From an uncultured Thermoleophilia bacterium (GTDB taxonomy: Bacteria; Actinomycetota; Thermoleophilia; UBA2241): a stretch of 64,000 nucleotides of DNA. Below, in pieces: positions 25,835 through 33,186 of this stretch. Location of the stretch: assembly GCA_963699725.1 (NCBI GenBank), contig CAVOVA010000008.1, positions 48,349-112,348 on the forward strand. The letters run 5' to 3'. Within the stretch, counting starts at the first letter, position 1. Each line of letters begins with the position of its first letter. Both the position numbers and the translations under genes were made by a program. Below the pieces are notes generated by a model that saw nothing but the letters and a program-made list of their open reading frames with translations, ran no database searches and had not been told where the DNA came from.

Positions 25835-26353
25835 GTCCCCACCGTCCACAAGCGCGAAGACGACCCGGTCGAGGAGTTGGCCGTCTTTGGAGACGCTCGC
25901 GCGGGAGACACCCTCGCGCGCGAAGCCGCACTTCTCAAGGACGCGCATCGAAGCGGGGTTACGGGCAAGAACGGCGGCTTCCAGCCGGCAGAGGCCGAAA
26001 CGCTTCATGGCGTACGGGACGACGGCGCGCACCGCTTCGGTCATGATGCCGCGGCCCCAGAAGGGCTCGGCAAGCCAGTAGCCGAGGTCTGCCGAACGCG
26101 CGAACACCCCCTCGCCGAGCTCGACGCCAATGCCGCCGGCGGCCGCACCGTCGAGCTCGATGGCCCAGTGCGTCGGCTCGGGCATCTCGGCCAGACGGGC
26201 GAACCACTGGTCGGCGTCTGACTCGGTGTAGGGCGAGGCGAAACGATGAGTCATGTTGCGTGAGACCTCGCGGTTGTCGGCCGCGCGTACCAGGGCCTCC
26301 CGGTCGCCGGGCGACCAGTCGCGCACGATGCAGTGCTCGCATTCGAGTCTCAT
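25829..26353 (-). CDS. GNAT acetyltransferase (RimJ/RimL-like)
   Basis: LGYWLAEPFWGRGIMTEAVRAVV.YA......RLEA.V...N.AS.RVLEK.GF..EG. Confidence 0.8.
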   Translation of the reverse strand: MRLECEHCIVRDWSPGDREALVRAADNREVSRNMTHRFASPYTESDADQWFARLAEMPEPTHWAIELDGAAAGGIGVELGEGVFARSADLGYWLAEPFWGRGIMTEAVRAVVPYAMKRFGLCRLEAAVLARNPASMRVLEKCGFAREGVSRASVSKDGQLLDRVVFALVDGGDG

Positions 26354-26369
26354 CTCGACGCCATGGTAC

Positions 26370-26456
26370 GGCTAACGCATCGCGGATAGGCTGCGAGCGC
26401 CGCGGCTTCGACTTGCCGCGAGGCTTTGGCGAGCCAGCTTGATCCGCTTGTCAGCC
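26370..26456 (-). repeat. attC site (family A')
   Basis: GGCTAAC GCATCGCGGATAGGCTGCGAGCGCCGCGGC ... GCGAGGCTTTGGCGAGCCAGCTTGATCCGCTT GTCAGCC (right core GTC). Confidence 0.8.
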
Positions 26457-26460
26457 GCAC

Positions 26461-26757
26461 TCACCGGCGACCCTCCCAGTAGAACGGCCGGCGTCTCTGA
26501 TGGGCGACCGCGAGGATGCGAACCTCATCGCTGCGCAACGAGTAGAGGAGCGCGTAAGGGAACGTGTGCAGGAGGCGCCGACGCACCCCGTGACGGAGCG
26601 GCTCCGCCGCCTCAGGGACTTTCTCGACCTGCGTGAGCGCGTGCTCGAGCTCAGCGAGGAAGACGTCGCCAAGGCCGGGGCTCTCGAGGTCTTAGAAGTC
26701 GACCGCCTCGTTCAGCTCACGCTCCGCCGCAGCGTCGAAGCGCAGCGCGCGGCTCAT
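26461..26757 (-). pseudogene. parE: ParE/RelE-family toxin with in-frame TAA (26692-26694)
   Basis: ATG 26757 overlaps the antitoxin stop (ATGA). MSRALRFDAAAERELNEAVDF*DLESPGLGDVFLAELEHALTQV...RRRLLHTFPYALLYSLRSDEVRILAVAHQRRRPFYW. Confidence 0.7.
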
Positions 26758-27014
26758 CCGCGGCGGGCACGCGCCCTGGCGAGGACCTCGTCGGCCGGAT
26801 GGGTGGCAGCGCCCGCGTCGATCTCGGCGTCGCGGCGCGCCGCCTCAGCGAGCCAGAGTTGCTCGACCTCGGCCTCGGAGAGTTCGTCGAGGCTGTCGAG
26901 CAGCCGGTGGGCGAGACGGGCCCGGCCCTGGGGGTCGAGGGTGAGCGCCTCGCGCATGAGTTCGTCGATGGTCACGCCTGCCACCTCGCTTTCACATCGC
27001 GCCGACACCTGCAT
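26754..27014 (-). CDS. addiction-module antitoxin (TIGR02574-like component)
   Basis: TIDELMREALTLDPQGRARLAHRLLDSLDE.SEAEVEQLWLAEAARRDAEIDAG; start ATG 27014 or an internal GTG. Confidence 0.65.
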   Translation of the reverse strand: MQVSARCESEVAGVTIDELMREALTLDPQGRARLAHRLLDSLDELSEAEVEQLWLAEAARRDAEIDAGAATHPADEVLARARARRG

Positions 27015-27061
27015 TGTACCGCCGCGCCCAGACGGCGGACAGATAGCAATGGGGGTGTTGC

Positions 27062-27150
27062 GGCCAGCGCACCGCGGATAGGCTGCGAGCGCGCTGGCCT
27101 CCCGTGAGGCCGCCGGCGCCGCACGAGTAAGCCTGATCCGCTCATTGGGC
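27062..27150 (-). repeat. attC site (family A, both cores mutated)
   Basis: GGCCAGC GCACCGCGGATAGGCTGCGAGCGCGCTGGCCTCCCGTGAGGCCGCCGGCGCC..GTAAGCCTGATCCGCTC ATTGGGC. Confidence 0.65.
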
Positions 27151-27157
27151 GACCCGC

Positions 27158-27460
27158 TCACGTCGGCAGGTCGGGCAATCGCTCACTGCGCCAGACGCGC
27201 ACCGCGCGGACCCGGTCCTGGTCGAAGCGATAGACGAGCCGGAAGGGCGGGTGGATGATCTCGCGCAGCTGCACGAGCCCGAACTCCGGCACCATGCGGC
27301 CGCTCTCGGGGAAGTCGGCGAGCCGTTCGACGTGCGCGACGATCTCGCGCAGCAGGCGCTCACCGACCTCGGGGGCCTGTTGGCCGCCGTACCAGGAGCG
27401 GATCGCCTCGAGGTCCGCGACGGCGGAGGCGGCGAAGCTGATGCGCGCTCGGGCCGGCAC
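27158..27460 (-). CDS. parE: ParE/RelE-family toxin
   Basis: ISFAASAVADLEAIRSWY......VGERLLREIVAHVERLADFPESGRMVPEFG...LREIIHPPFRLVYRFDQDRVRAVRVWRSER. Confidence 0.8.
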   Translation of the reverse strand: MPARARISFAASAVADLEAIRSWYGGQQAPEVGERLLREIVAHVERLADFPESGRMVPEFGLVQLREIIHPPFRLVYRFDQDRVRAVRVWRSERLPDLPT

Positions 27461-27462
27461 GC

Positions 27463-27738
27463 TTACTCGAGGCCGAGCCGCTGCTTGACGTCGCCGAGGT
27501 CGAGCTCGCGCCCCGCCTCGAGGTCGACGATGCCTTCGACGACGGCGCGCAGGAAGGAGCGCTCCTCGGCCTCGGCCTCGTACTCCGTGAGCGCCTGCAC
27601 GACGGCGACGCCCCGGCCGCGACTGGTGAGCAGCACCGGCCGGTGGGTCTCGTCGACCTGGCGCACCACCCGACCAGGGTTGGCTTTCAGGTCGCTGAGC
27701 GGCACGACATCCTCCGAGAACTTGGGTGCGCTACGCAA
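27463..27738 (-). CDS. Phd/YefM-family antitoxin
   Basis: VVPLSDLKANPGRVVRQVDETHRPVLLTSRGRGVAVVQ.L.EYE; sits 2 nt upstream of parE. Confidence 0.8.
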   Translation of the reverse strand: MRSAPKFSEDVVPLSDLKANPGRVVRQVDETHRPVLLTSRGRGVAVVQALTEYEAEAEERSFLRAVVEGIVDLEAGRELDLGDVKQRLGLE

Positions 27739-27843
27739 GTGGAACCTCCCGCCTTAAGTCCAGTGAACGGTACCGAATATAGCACCACTTAACAGTATCG
27801 TGAAGAGGGCCGTCCAACTGCGCTGGCGCTGGGATTAGGGTTC

Positions 27844-27930
27844 GCCCAACGCACCGCGCATAACCTGCGCGCCACGCCGTTGGAGTCTATCTCGGCGCTC
27901 CGGCGCTTCAGGTTGATGTGCTTGCTGGAC
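27844..27930 (-). repeat. attC site (family C, right core GCT)
   Basis: GCCCAAC GCACCGCGCATAACCTGCGCGCC ... GGCGCTTCAGGTTGATGTGCTT GCTGGAC; the GNAT 3' end overlaps it by ~23 nt. Confidence 0.7.
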
Positions 27931-28384
27931 GGCCGACCGGCTTGCGCATCGCCACGCGAGGCAGCGAGTCCAGCCCACGCGCGGCCTCTGCCTCTAGCCG
28001 CGCCGCCAGCTCGACACCGAGGTCCTCGGGTCGCACCACTCCGTAGCCGAGACGCCTGTAGAAAGGCCCGTTCCAAGGTACGTCACGGTAGGTCGTCAGA
28101 TTCACCTCGGCGAAGCCGTGGGCGACGGCCCAACGCTCGATATCCCGCACGAGGGCCGCCCCGACGCCGCGCCTTCCGTGCTCGGGACGGACGTCGAGTT
28201 CTTTGAGGTGAAGACACTCGCCCCATGGTTCGAAGAGCCCGAAGCCCACGCAAGCGCCGCTCGAAGAGAGCGCGACCCGCAGATGGCCTGAAGCCTGGGC
28301 ATCGGCAAACACCGAAAGCGGCGTCGTCTCCGTGAACAGCGTCTGTGGGACGTCGTACCCGCGAAAGCGCGAGGCCGCCGCCAA
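27908..28384 (-). CDS. GNAT family N-acetyltransferase (start uncertain)
   Basis: LHLKELDVRPEHGRRGVGAALVRDIERWAVAHGF.EV.LTTY..VPWNGPFYRRLGY. The frame stays open upstream to the attC core (..VALESFDYTIDAAALCHLEDLPLIEL) with no ATG/GTG/TTG. Confidence 0.7.
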   Translation of the reverse strand: MAAASRFRGYDVPQTLFTETTPLSVFADAQASGHLRVALSSSGACVGFGLFEPWGECLHLKELDVRPEHGRRGVGAALVRDIERWAVAHGFAEVNLTTYRDVPWNGPFYRRLGYGVVRPEDLGVELAARLEAEAARGLDSLPRVAMRKPVGRPASTST

Positions 28385-28470
28385 CTCGATGAGAGGGAGA
28401 TCCTCGAGGTGGCATAGCGCGGCAGCGTCGATGGTGTAGTCAAATGACTCCAGCGCGACTCCCGTGGTCC

Positions 28471-28558
28471 GTCCAACGTGGTGCGCATCAGCAGACGCCG
28501 ATCAACCGCTCTTCCGCAGTCTACCGTTGCAGCGTTCTGCTGGATGCGCTTGTTAGGC
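28471..28558 (-). repeat. attC site (family B)
   Basis: GTCCAAC GTGGTGCGCATCAGCAGACGCCG ... GCAGCGTTCTGCTGGATGCGCTT GTTAGGC. Confidence 0.85.
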
Positions 28559-28559
28559 C

Positions 28560-29021
28560 TCAGATCCAGCGGCGGACCCGCTTCGAGTAGTCGCGGTAGT
28601 CCTGGCCGAGCGAGACCGACAAGACCAGCTCCTCCGGCCGTATCTGGAAACGGGCGATGTAGGCGACGAAGAGCGCGGACACCAGGGCGGCTGCCGGACT
28701 GGCCAACAGCACCGACCAGCCCAAGAGCACGATCTCCATTCCAAGGTAGGTCGGGTTGCGACTGAACCGGTAGACCCCGGAGGTGACTAGAGCCGTGGTG
28801 CGTCCGGGCTCGGTCGGGTGCCACGTCGTACCTGCGCGACTGAGTGCGACGCGGGCCGCGACTATGAGCGCCGTGCCGACAGCAATGAGAATCAACGCGA
28901 CCGGGCCTCGAAGTGTCTCTGGGACGCCGAATCCCGCAGTCACCCGGGAGGCAAGCCACATCAGCCCTGCAGCCGCCACCCAGACCACGTCGGGCGGAAT
29001 CCTCAGCTCAAGACTCGACAT
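28560..29021 (-). CDS. isoprenylcysteine carboxyl methyltransferase (ICMT/PEMT) family membrane protein
   Basis: Trimmed to MSSLELRIPP (AGAGGAG upstream); LVTSGVYRFSRNPTYLGMEIVLLGW signature; four TM segments. Confidence 0.8.
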   Translation of the reverse strand: MSSLELRIPPDVVWVAAAGLMWLASRVTAGFGVPETLRGPVALILIAVGTALIVAARVALSRAGTTWHPTEPGRTTALVTSGVYRFSRNPTYLGMEIVLLGWSVLLASPAAALVSALFVAYIARFQIRPEELVLSVSLGQDYRDYSKRVRRWI

Positions 29022-29036
29022 CGGACTCCTCTGTAG

Positions 29037-29088
29037 GCCCAACGTCTCAGCGCATAACCTGCGCGTCAGGTTGATGCGCCTGTTAGGA
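29037..29088 (-). repeat. short attC site (52 bp, family C arms)
   Basis: GCCCAAC GTCTCAGCGCATAACCTGCGCGTCAGGTTGATGCGCCT GTTAGGA; the TAA stop of the upstream ORF lies in the right core. Confidence 0.75.
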
Positions 29089-29505
29089 CGCTCCCGCATC
29101 CATGTAGACATACGCTCGGATGTGGGCGATCCGCCAGCAGCCGTTGCGCCGCACGAAGACGTCGGTGAAATCGTGCACGATCGGTCGCGGAAGATTCGGG
29201 CCTGCGATTGTGGCCTGACCGTCGAAGAGCGCCACGTCGTCAGTGACGAAACTGACGCGTTTGCACCGCGAGGTGTGGGTCGAGCTAGCACCTTCGCCCG
29301 CCAGGAATTCGCCGAGGAGCCGTCGAGCCTCAGACGCGCCGACCGATGTCCCGCCCCTGGGATCGAGGATGACGACGTCGGGCTCGAGCACCGACATAAG
29401 ACGAGTCAGGTCAGCCGAACCCCAGGCGTTGTCGTAGTCCGCCTCGATCGCGCGGATTTCCGCCTCGTCGCGGCCCCGGTCGGGCTCTGGATCTGGGCGG
29501 CTCAC
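29083..29505 (-). CDS. NTF2-like (SnoaL/DUF4440, SgcJ/EcaC-type) protein
   Basis: AAGGAGG then GTG; EAEIRAIEADYDNAWGSADLTRLMSVLEPDVV......FDGQATI......DVFVRRNGCWRIAHIRAY. Confidence 0.75.
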   Translation of the reverse strand: MSRPDPEPDRGRDEAEIRAIEADYDNAWGSADLTRLMSVLEPDVVILDPRGGTSVGASEARRLLGEFLAGEGASSTHTSRCKRVSFVTDDVALFDGQATIAGPNLPRPIVHDFTDVFVRRNGCWRIAHIRAYVYMDAGAS

Positions 29506-29553
29506 AGTCCGAAACCTCCTTCATCCGCCCTGGCCGACGCTACTGGAGCGTCG

Positions 29554-29640
29554 TCCTAACGCACCGCGGACAAGCTGCGAGCGCCGCGGCCTTGTCTTGC
29601 CGCGACGCTGTGGCGAGCCAGCTTGATCCGCTTGTTGGGT
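29554..29640 (-). repeat. attC site (family A')
   Basis: TCCTAAC GCACCGCGGACAAGCTGCGAGCGCCGCGGCCTTG ... GCCGCGACGCTGTGGCGAGCCAGCTTGATCCGCTT GTTGGGT. Confidence 0.9.
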
Positions 29641-29642
29641 CG

Positions 29643-30281
29643 CTACTCCCGAGTCCCCTCCAGATACACGGCCATCATGGGCATTCCTTCAACGGGCTCC
29701 ACTGTGCATCGGTCCACCACGTATCCGGCCGCCACGGCCCAGTCGCGAATCTCGCGCTCACTGTATCGTAGCGCCACGACGTCGGACTCCTCCCCGTAGT
29801 CAATCGGGCCCGCGCCCTCCCAAGTGGCCGCCAAGAGCTGACCGCCTGGACGAAGAACGCGCCGCCACTCCTGAAAGGCGGACAGGATCTTGTCGGGATC
29901 GAGATGGTGAAGCGCGAAGAAGCTCACCACTGCGGCCGAAGACGCCGACTCGACTTGTCCCAAGTCTCGCATGTCGCCCGCTAGAACGTTGGCACTGCGG
30001 CCCAGCCTGCCTTTGGCGAGTGCCACCATGCGCGGCGACAGGTCCACACCCACCAGCGATCGATCGGGATCATACTGATCCCGATATCTCAACAACATGT
30101 GTCCCGACCCACAGGACGTATCAACGACCGGGCCCCGGATGGCAGCGATCCGCTCAGCCAGACGGCTAAGGGTGTCCGAGTACATGGGGAGGTCTATCTC
30201 GGAGTCCATCATCTGGGCGTATGAGTCCGCCGTGGAGTCATAGAACTCGCGGACCTTCGACTCTGGCGATACTCTCATCAT
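29643..30281 (-). CDS. class I SAM-dependent methyltransferase
   Basis: Trimmed to MMRVSPESKVREFYD; VVDTSCGSGHMLL..VGVDLSPRMV..GDMRDL..FALHHL motifs. The upstream part of track ORF 29643..30836 crosses an attC. Confidence 0.8.
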   Translation of the reverse strand: MMRVSPESKVREFYDSTADSYAQMMDSEIDLPMYSDTLSRLAERIAAIRGPVVDTSCGSGHMLLRYRDQYDPDRSLVGVDLSPRMVALAKGRLGRSANVLAGDMRDLGQVESASSAAVVSFFALHHLDPDKILSAFQEWRRVLRPGGQLLAATWEGAGPIDYGEESDVVALRYSEREIRDWAVAAGYVVDRCTVEPVEGMPMMAVYLEGTRE

Positions 30282-30299
30282 GTTCGTGTTCCCCTGTCG

Positions 30300-30389
30300 A
30301 CTCAACGCACCGCGGATAAGCTGCGAGCGCGCCGGCCTCCCGTGAGACCGCCGGCGCTTCTGCGAGCCAGCTTGATCCGCTTGTTCGGC
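30300..30389 (-). repeat. attC site (family A)
   Basis: ACTCAAC GCACCGCGGATAAGCTGCGAGCGCGCCGGCCTCCCGTGAGACCGCCGGCGCTTCTGCGAGCCAGCTTGATCCGCTT GTTCGGC. Confidence 0.9.
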
Positions 30390-30403
30390 GAGACCCGCAA
30401 CCG

Positions 30404-30811
30404 CTAGCCCTCCCAGACCTCCAGCTCGAGGCCCGGCACGCGTGAGAACTCGCGCACGTTGCCCGTGACCATCGTGAGGCCGTGCGCGACGCAGGTGGCG
30501 GCGAGCCAGAGGTCGTGCGGGCCGATCAGCGTCCCCGCACGGCTGAGCTCGGCCCAGAGCTGTGCGTGGGCGCGCGCGCAGGCGAGGTCCACGGCGAGCA
30601 GCGGGAAGCGCTCGAGGACGCCCTCGACGAACGCCGAGCGGCGGGCGCGCACGTCGGGCCCGGCGGCGCGATGCACGCCGTGGAGGAGCTCGCTCGCGGT
30701 GACGACGCTGAGGAAGGCCTCGTCCTCGCCGTGGCGTGCGACGTGCGGCTCGAGGTGGAGGCGGCCGCGCTCCGCCTCGATGAGGATGCTGGCGTCGATC
30801 AGGACTGCCAT
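30404..30811 (-). CDS. vapC: VapC-type PIN-domain toxin
   Basis: MAVLIDASILIE...........FLSVVTASELLHG......R...F......P.L..D...A...A.L...L...G..IG..DL.LAATCVAHGLTMVTGNVREF. Confidence 0.85.
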   Translation of the reverse strand: MAVLIDASILIEAERGRLHLEPHVARHGEDEAFLSVVTASELLHGVHRAAGPDVRARRSAFVEGVLERFPLLAVDLACARAHAQLWAELSRAGTLIGPHDLWLAATCVAHGLTMVTGNVREFSRVPGLELEVWEG

Positions 30812-31069
30812 GCGTCCCGCGCCTCGCCGAGCTCATCGCGGGAGGCGTCGAGGTCCGCCGCCAGGTCGCCGGCCTCGGCTTCGGTGAGCCGCGGCAGTGA
30901 GGCGAGCAGGCCGGGTAGCTCGGAGAGGCGCGCGCCGGTGGGCAGCGGACGCAGCTCGGCCAGCGGCTTTCTTGCCGCGCAGGAGGGTGAACGACTCGCG
31001 CCGGTAGGCGACGCGGTTGACGTACTCGGCGAAGTTGCGAGCGACTTGGGTGACGGTCACGTCGGACAT
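30799..31069 (-). pseudogene. vapB: VapB/Phd-type antitoxin with +1 frameshift near 30966-30972
   Basis: GAGGAG then ATG 31069: MSDVTVTQVARNFAEYVNRVAYRRESFTLLRGKK. The sensible continuation PLAELRPLPTGARLSELPGLLASLPRLTEAEAGDLAADLDASRDELGEARDAWQS* is one frame over (run AAGAAAG). Length 271 nt (3n+1). Confidence 0.7.
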
Positions 31070-31144
31070 GGACGACTCCTCGGCAGACATCTGATAATCA
31101 GATTACATGATTCCCGGCTCGCTGTCACGCAACGCCTTGGGTCT

Positions 31145-31229
31145 GCCGAACGCACCGCGGATAGGCTGCGAGCGCGCCGGCCTCCCGTGTGGCCGGCGGC
31201 GCGCGGCGAGCTTGATCTGCTTGTTCGAC
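31145..31229 (-). repeat. attC site (family A)
   Basis: GCCGAAC GCACCGCGGATAGGCTGCGAGCGCGCCGGCCTCCCGTGTGGCCGGCGGCGCGCGGCGAGCTTGATCTGCTT GTTCGAC. Confidence 0.9.
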
Positions 31230-31286
31230 ATGGCTGAGGTGCGAGCGTCGCGGGGACGCACCGGCAGTTCGCGCGCAGGGCCTCGC

Positions 31287-31406
31287 TCACGCAGTCGAGG
31301 ATGTCGCAGCGGTACTCCGCCAAGCTGCCGCGCCGAGCGGACGTAGTCGAGCGCCTGCGTTCCAGATGCGCTCGTAGAACTGCTGAACCAGCGTGGGGGT
31401 GCTCAT
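31287..31406 (-). pseudogene. remnant of a SnoaL-like (ester-cyclase type) gene in a 199-bp cassette
   Basis: AAGGAG then ATG: MSTPTLVQQFYERIWNAG matches the conserved N-terminus (..V.rFYe.vWN.Gd) of SnoaL-like proteins, then degenerates. The cassette is too short for the ~130-aa domain. Confidence 0.45.
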
Positions 31407-31427
31407 GGAGAACTTCTCCTTTGCTCT

Positions 31428-31517
31428 GTCGAACGCACCGCGGATAAGCTGCGAGCGCGCCGGCCTCCCGTGAGACCGCCGGCGCTTCTGCGAGTCAGCT
31501 TGATCCGCTTGTTGGGC
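31428..31517 (-). repeat. attC site (family A)
   Basis: GTCGAAC GCACCGCGGATAAGCTGCGAGCGCGCCGGCCTCCCGTGAGACCGCCGGCGCTTCTGCGAGTCAGCTTGATCCGCTT GTTGGGC. Confidence 0.9.
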
Positions 31518-31531
31518 GCCTCGACCACGCC

Positions 31532-32065
31532 TCAGGTCGCCCGTGCGACGTTGCGCGGCTGCCGATGGCGCGCCCGCCGCGACGCGAGCGTGACGACCAG
31601 CGTCAACGTGAGGAGAGACGCGCCGCACGCGGCGTAGAGCCACGAGAGCGCCGCCATGCGCTCGGCCCAGGGCGTGAACACGCCGAGCAGCAGATCCCGG
31701 CCCTCGCCGTGTGCGTAGACGCCGAAGCGGGCCTGCAGGTCGGGGCTCGCCGGATCGAGCGTGAGCGCGGCGAGGAGGCCGGCGACGGTCACAAGCGCGG
31801 GGCAGGTTAGACGCACAGCGACCCGCAGGCGTGGCCGCCAAGAGGCGTAGAGGCTGGCGATGACGAGGGCGCTGAGGGCGGCCGCGACGAGAGCGGCGAA
31901 GACGGCGTCCCCGACGGAGGCCTGCACGGCGACCTGAGCGGAGAGCGTCGGGTCGTCAAGCGGCGATGCGATGTAGACGGCGGCAAGGGCCACGGCCACG
32001 CCGACGGCGAGAAGGGCGAGGATGAGAGAAGCGAGAGTGATGCCGTGTCGCGGTGAGTCAGCCAT
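31532..32065 (-). CDS. hypothetical polytopic membrane protein (cassette ORF)
   Basis: 177 aa, ~5 hydrophobic helices (ITLASLILALLAVGVAVALAAVYI..); no family recognised. Confidence 0.6.
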   Translation of the reverse strand: MADSPRHGITLASLILALLAVGVAVALAAVYIASPLDDPTLSAQVAVQASVGDAVFAALVAAALSALVIASLYASWRPRLRVAVRLTCPALVTVAGLLAALTLDPASPDLQARFGVYAHGEGRDLLLGVFTPWAERMAALSWLYAACGASLLTLTLVVTLASRRARHRQPRNVARAT

Positions 32066-32131
32066 GGGTAGCTCTCTTCGCGTCGACGTGCGTCAGCCTA
32101 GCACGAGCATTTCGCGGACCTTCGGTAGTGC

Positions 32132-32218
32132 GCCCAACGCAACGCGCATGAGCAGACGCGGCTGACCTGCCGGCTTGCGGCAGACCTCCTGGCGTTCTGC
32201 TCGATGCGCTTGTTAGTG
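32132..32218 (-). repeat. attC site (family B)
   Basis: GCCCAAC GCAACGCGCATGAGCAGACGCGGCTGACCTGCCGGCTTGCGGCAGACCTCCTGGCGTTCTGCTCGATGCGCTT GTTAGTG; the toxin TAA stop lies in the right core. Confidence 0.9.
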
Positions 32219-32515
32219 GTCAGCTTCGCTGCGCTCCCGCCAATGCCTCGGGTCGCGCCGCGCGTGCAGGCAGGCGAAGACGCTGACGAGCTCAGGGGTG
32301 GCGACGAAGTAGACCGCGTAGGGGAAACGGCGCAGGAGGGCACGGCGCGCCTTGCCGTGGACTACCGGGTAATGGTCGGGCATGCGCGTGATCTCAGCGA
32401 GGGCAACATCGACCGCGCGCAGGAACTCCGAGCTGAGCCCAGGTGAGCGCTGCTCGTACCAGCGTGCGGCTTCGGCGATGTCCGCCTCGGCCGCCTCGCG
32501 GACGACGAGGCGCAC
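32213..32515 (-). CDS. parE: ParE/RelE-family toxin
   Basis: VVREAAEADIAEAARWYEQRSPGLSSEFLRAVDVALAEI.R.P..YPVVHGKARRALLRRFPYAVYFV......VSVFACLHARRDP..W. Confidence 0.8.
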   Translation of the reverse strand: MRLVVREAAEADIAEAARWYEQRSPGLSSEFLRAVDVALAEITRMPDHYPVVHGKARRALLRRFPYAVYFVATPELVSVFACLHARRDPRHWRERSEADH

Positions 32516-32518
32516 GCC

Positions 32519-32749
32519 TCAGCCGGCCTTGTCCAGGCGCTGCTCGATGCGGGCGCGAACGACCGGCCAGCTCTCACCGGCATCCGGGTCGCGCTCGAGG
32601 TCGGCAAGGCGACGATCGAGTTCGGCGGCCTGCGCCTCGGTGATCGGCAGGTCGCCGGTCTCGGCGGCGACGCTGTCCCAGAGGTCCTCGGCGAGCTGGA
32701 TGCGCTCAGCCAGGGAGAGAGCGGAGATGTCGAGGTCGGTGCTTCGCAT
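32519..32749 (-). CDS. addiction-module antitoxin (TIGR02574-like component)
   Basis: LSLAERIQLAEDLWDSVAAE...LPITEAQAAELDRRLADLERDP..GESW..V.ARIE. Confidence 0.75.
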   Translation of the reverse strand: MRSTDLDISALSLAERIQLAEDLWDSVAAETGDLPITEAQAAELDRRLADLERDPDAGESWPVVRARIEQRLDKAG

Positions 32750-32824
32750 GGCTTCAGTCTCCCCCGCGCACCGGACAGACGCAACACCCGAGTGGTGGAC
32801 ATTGCCCTCACGATCCTGCTGTAC

Positions 32825-32922
32825 CGCTAACGTGTTTGCGCTTCAGCTGTGGTGCGCCCCCACGCACTTCCATGCCGAGGATACCCGACAGGCGCACCAT
32901 CTGCTGGAAGCGCGGGTTAGAC
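32825..32922 (-). repeat. attC site (unique arms)
   Basis: CGCTAAC GTGTTTGCGCTTCAGCTGTGGTGCGCC ... GGCGCACCATCTGCTGGAAGCGCGG GTTAGAC; the right arm carries 2 extra bases relative to the left. Confidence 0.75.
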
Positions 32923-33186
32923 CGCCGTAGTCCCCAATCCGCTCCTGTTCAGGAGATTCTTCAATCGGGAGCTGTGCTGCTTCAGGGCGTCGTAGTCCAA
33001 TACCACCCGGGCGGCCTTCGAGGGCGCGGGCAACATCCCCGCGGCTTTCAGCTGAGCGCTATGAGTATGCAAGACGCAACCCGTGGAAGAGGAAGCGGCT
33101 AAGCGGCCTGCGGCTGGCATCGCCGCTGCAATTCGTTGGGTATACACGGCGATAGACGTCTGCGAGACAAAGAAGGGACCGACACC

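Noticed and set aside
29643-30836. 397-aa ORF, with similar long ORFs at 40753..41727, 38578..39660, 28560..29291, 11316..11954 and 24963..25796, spanning attC sites.
   Set aside because: The N-terminal parts translate attC and spacer sequence (Arg-rich). Starts were moved to the first codon downstream of the attC that has a Shine-Dalgarno site and begins the recognisable domain.
32917-33119. Possible 67-aa minus-strand ORF (MPAAGRLAAS...LNRSGLGTTAV) ending in the TAA of the attC core at 32917, divergent from the DUF1254/1214 gene.
   Set aside because: It has the cassette-typical stop position but no family match, a weak ribosome site, and its upstream part overlaps low-complexity sequence. 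Evidence is too thin for a feature call.
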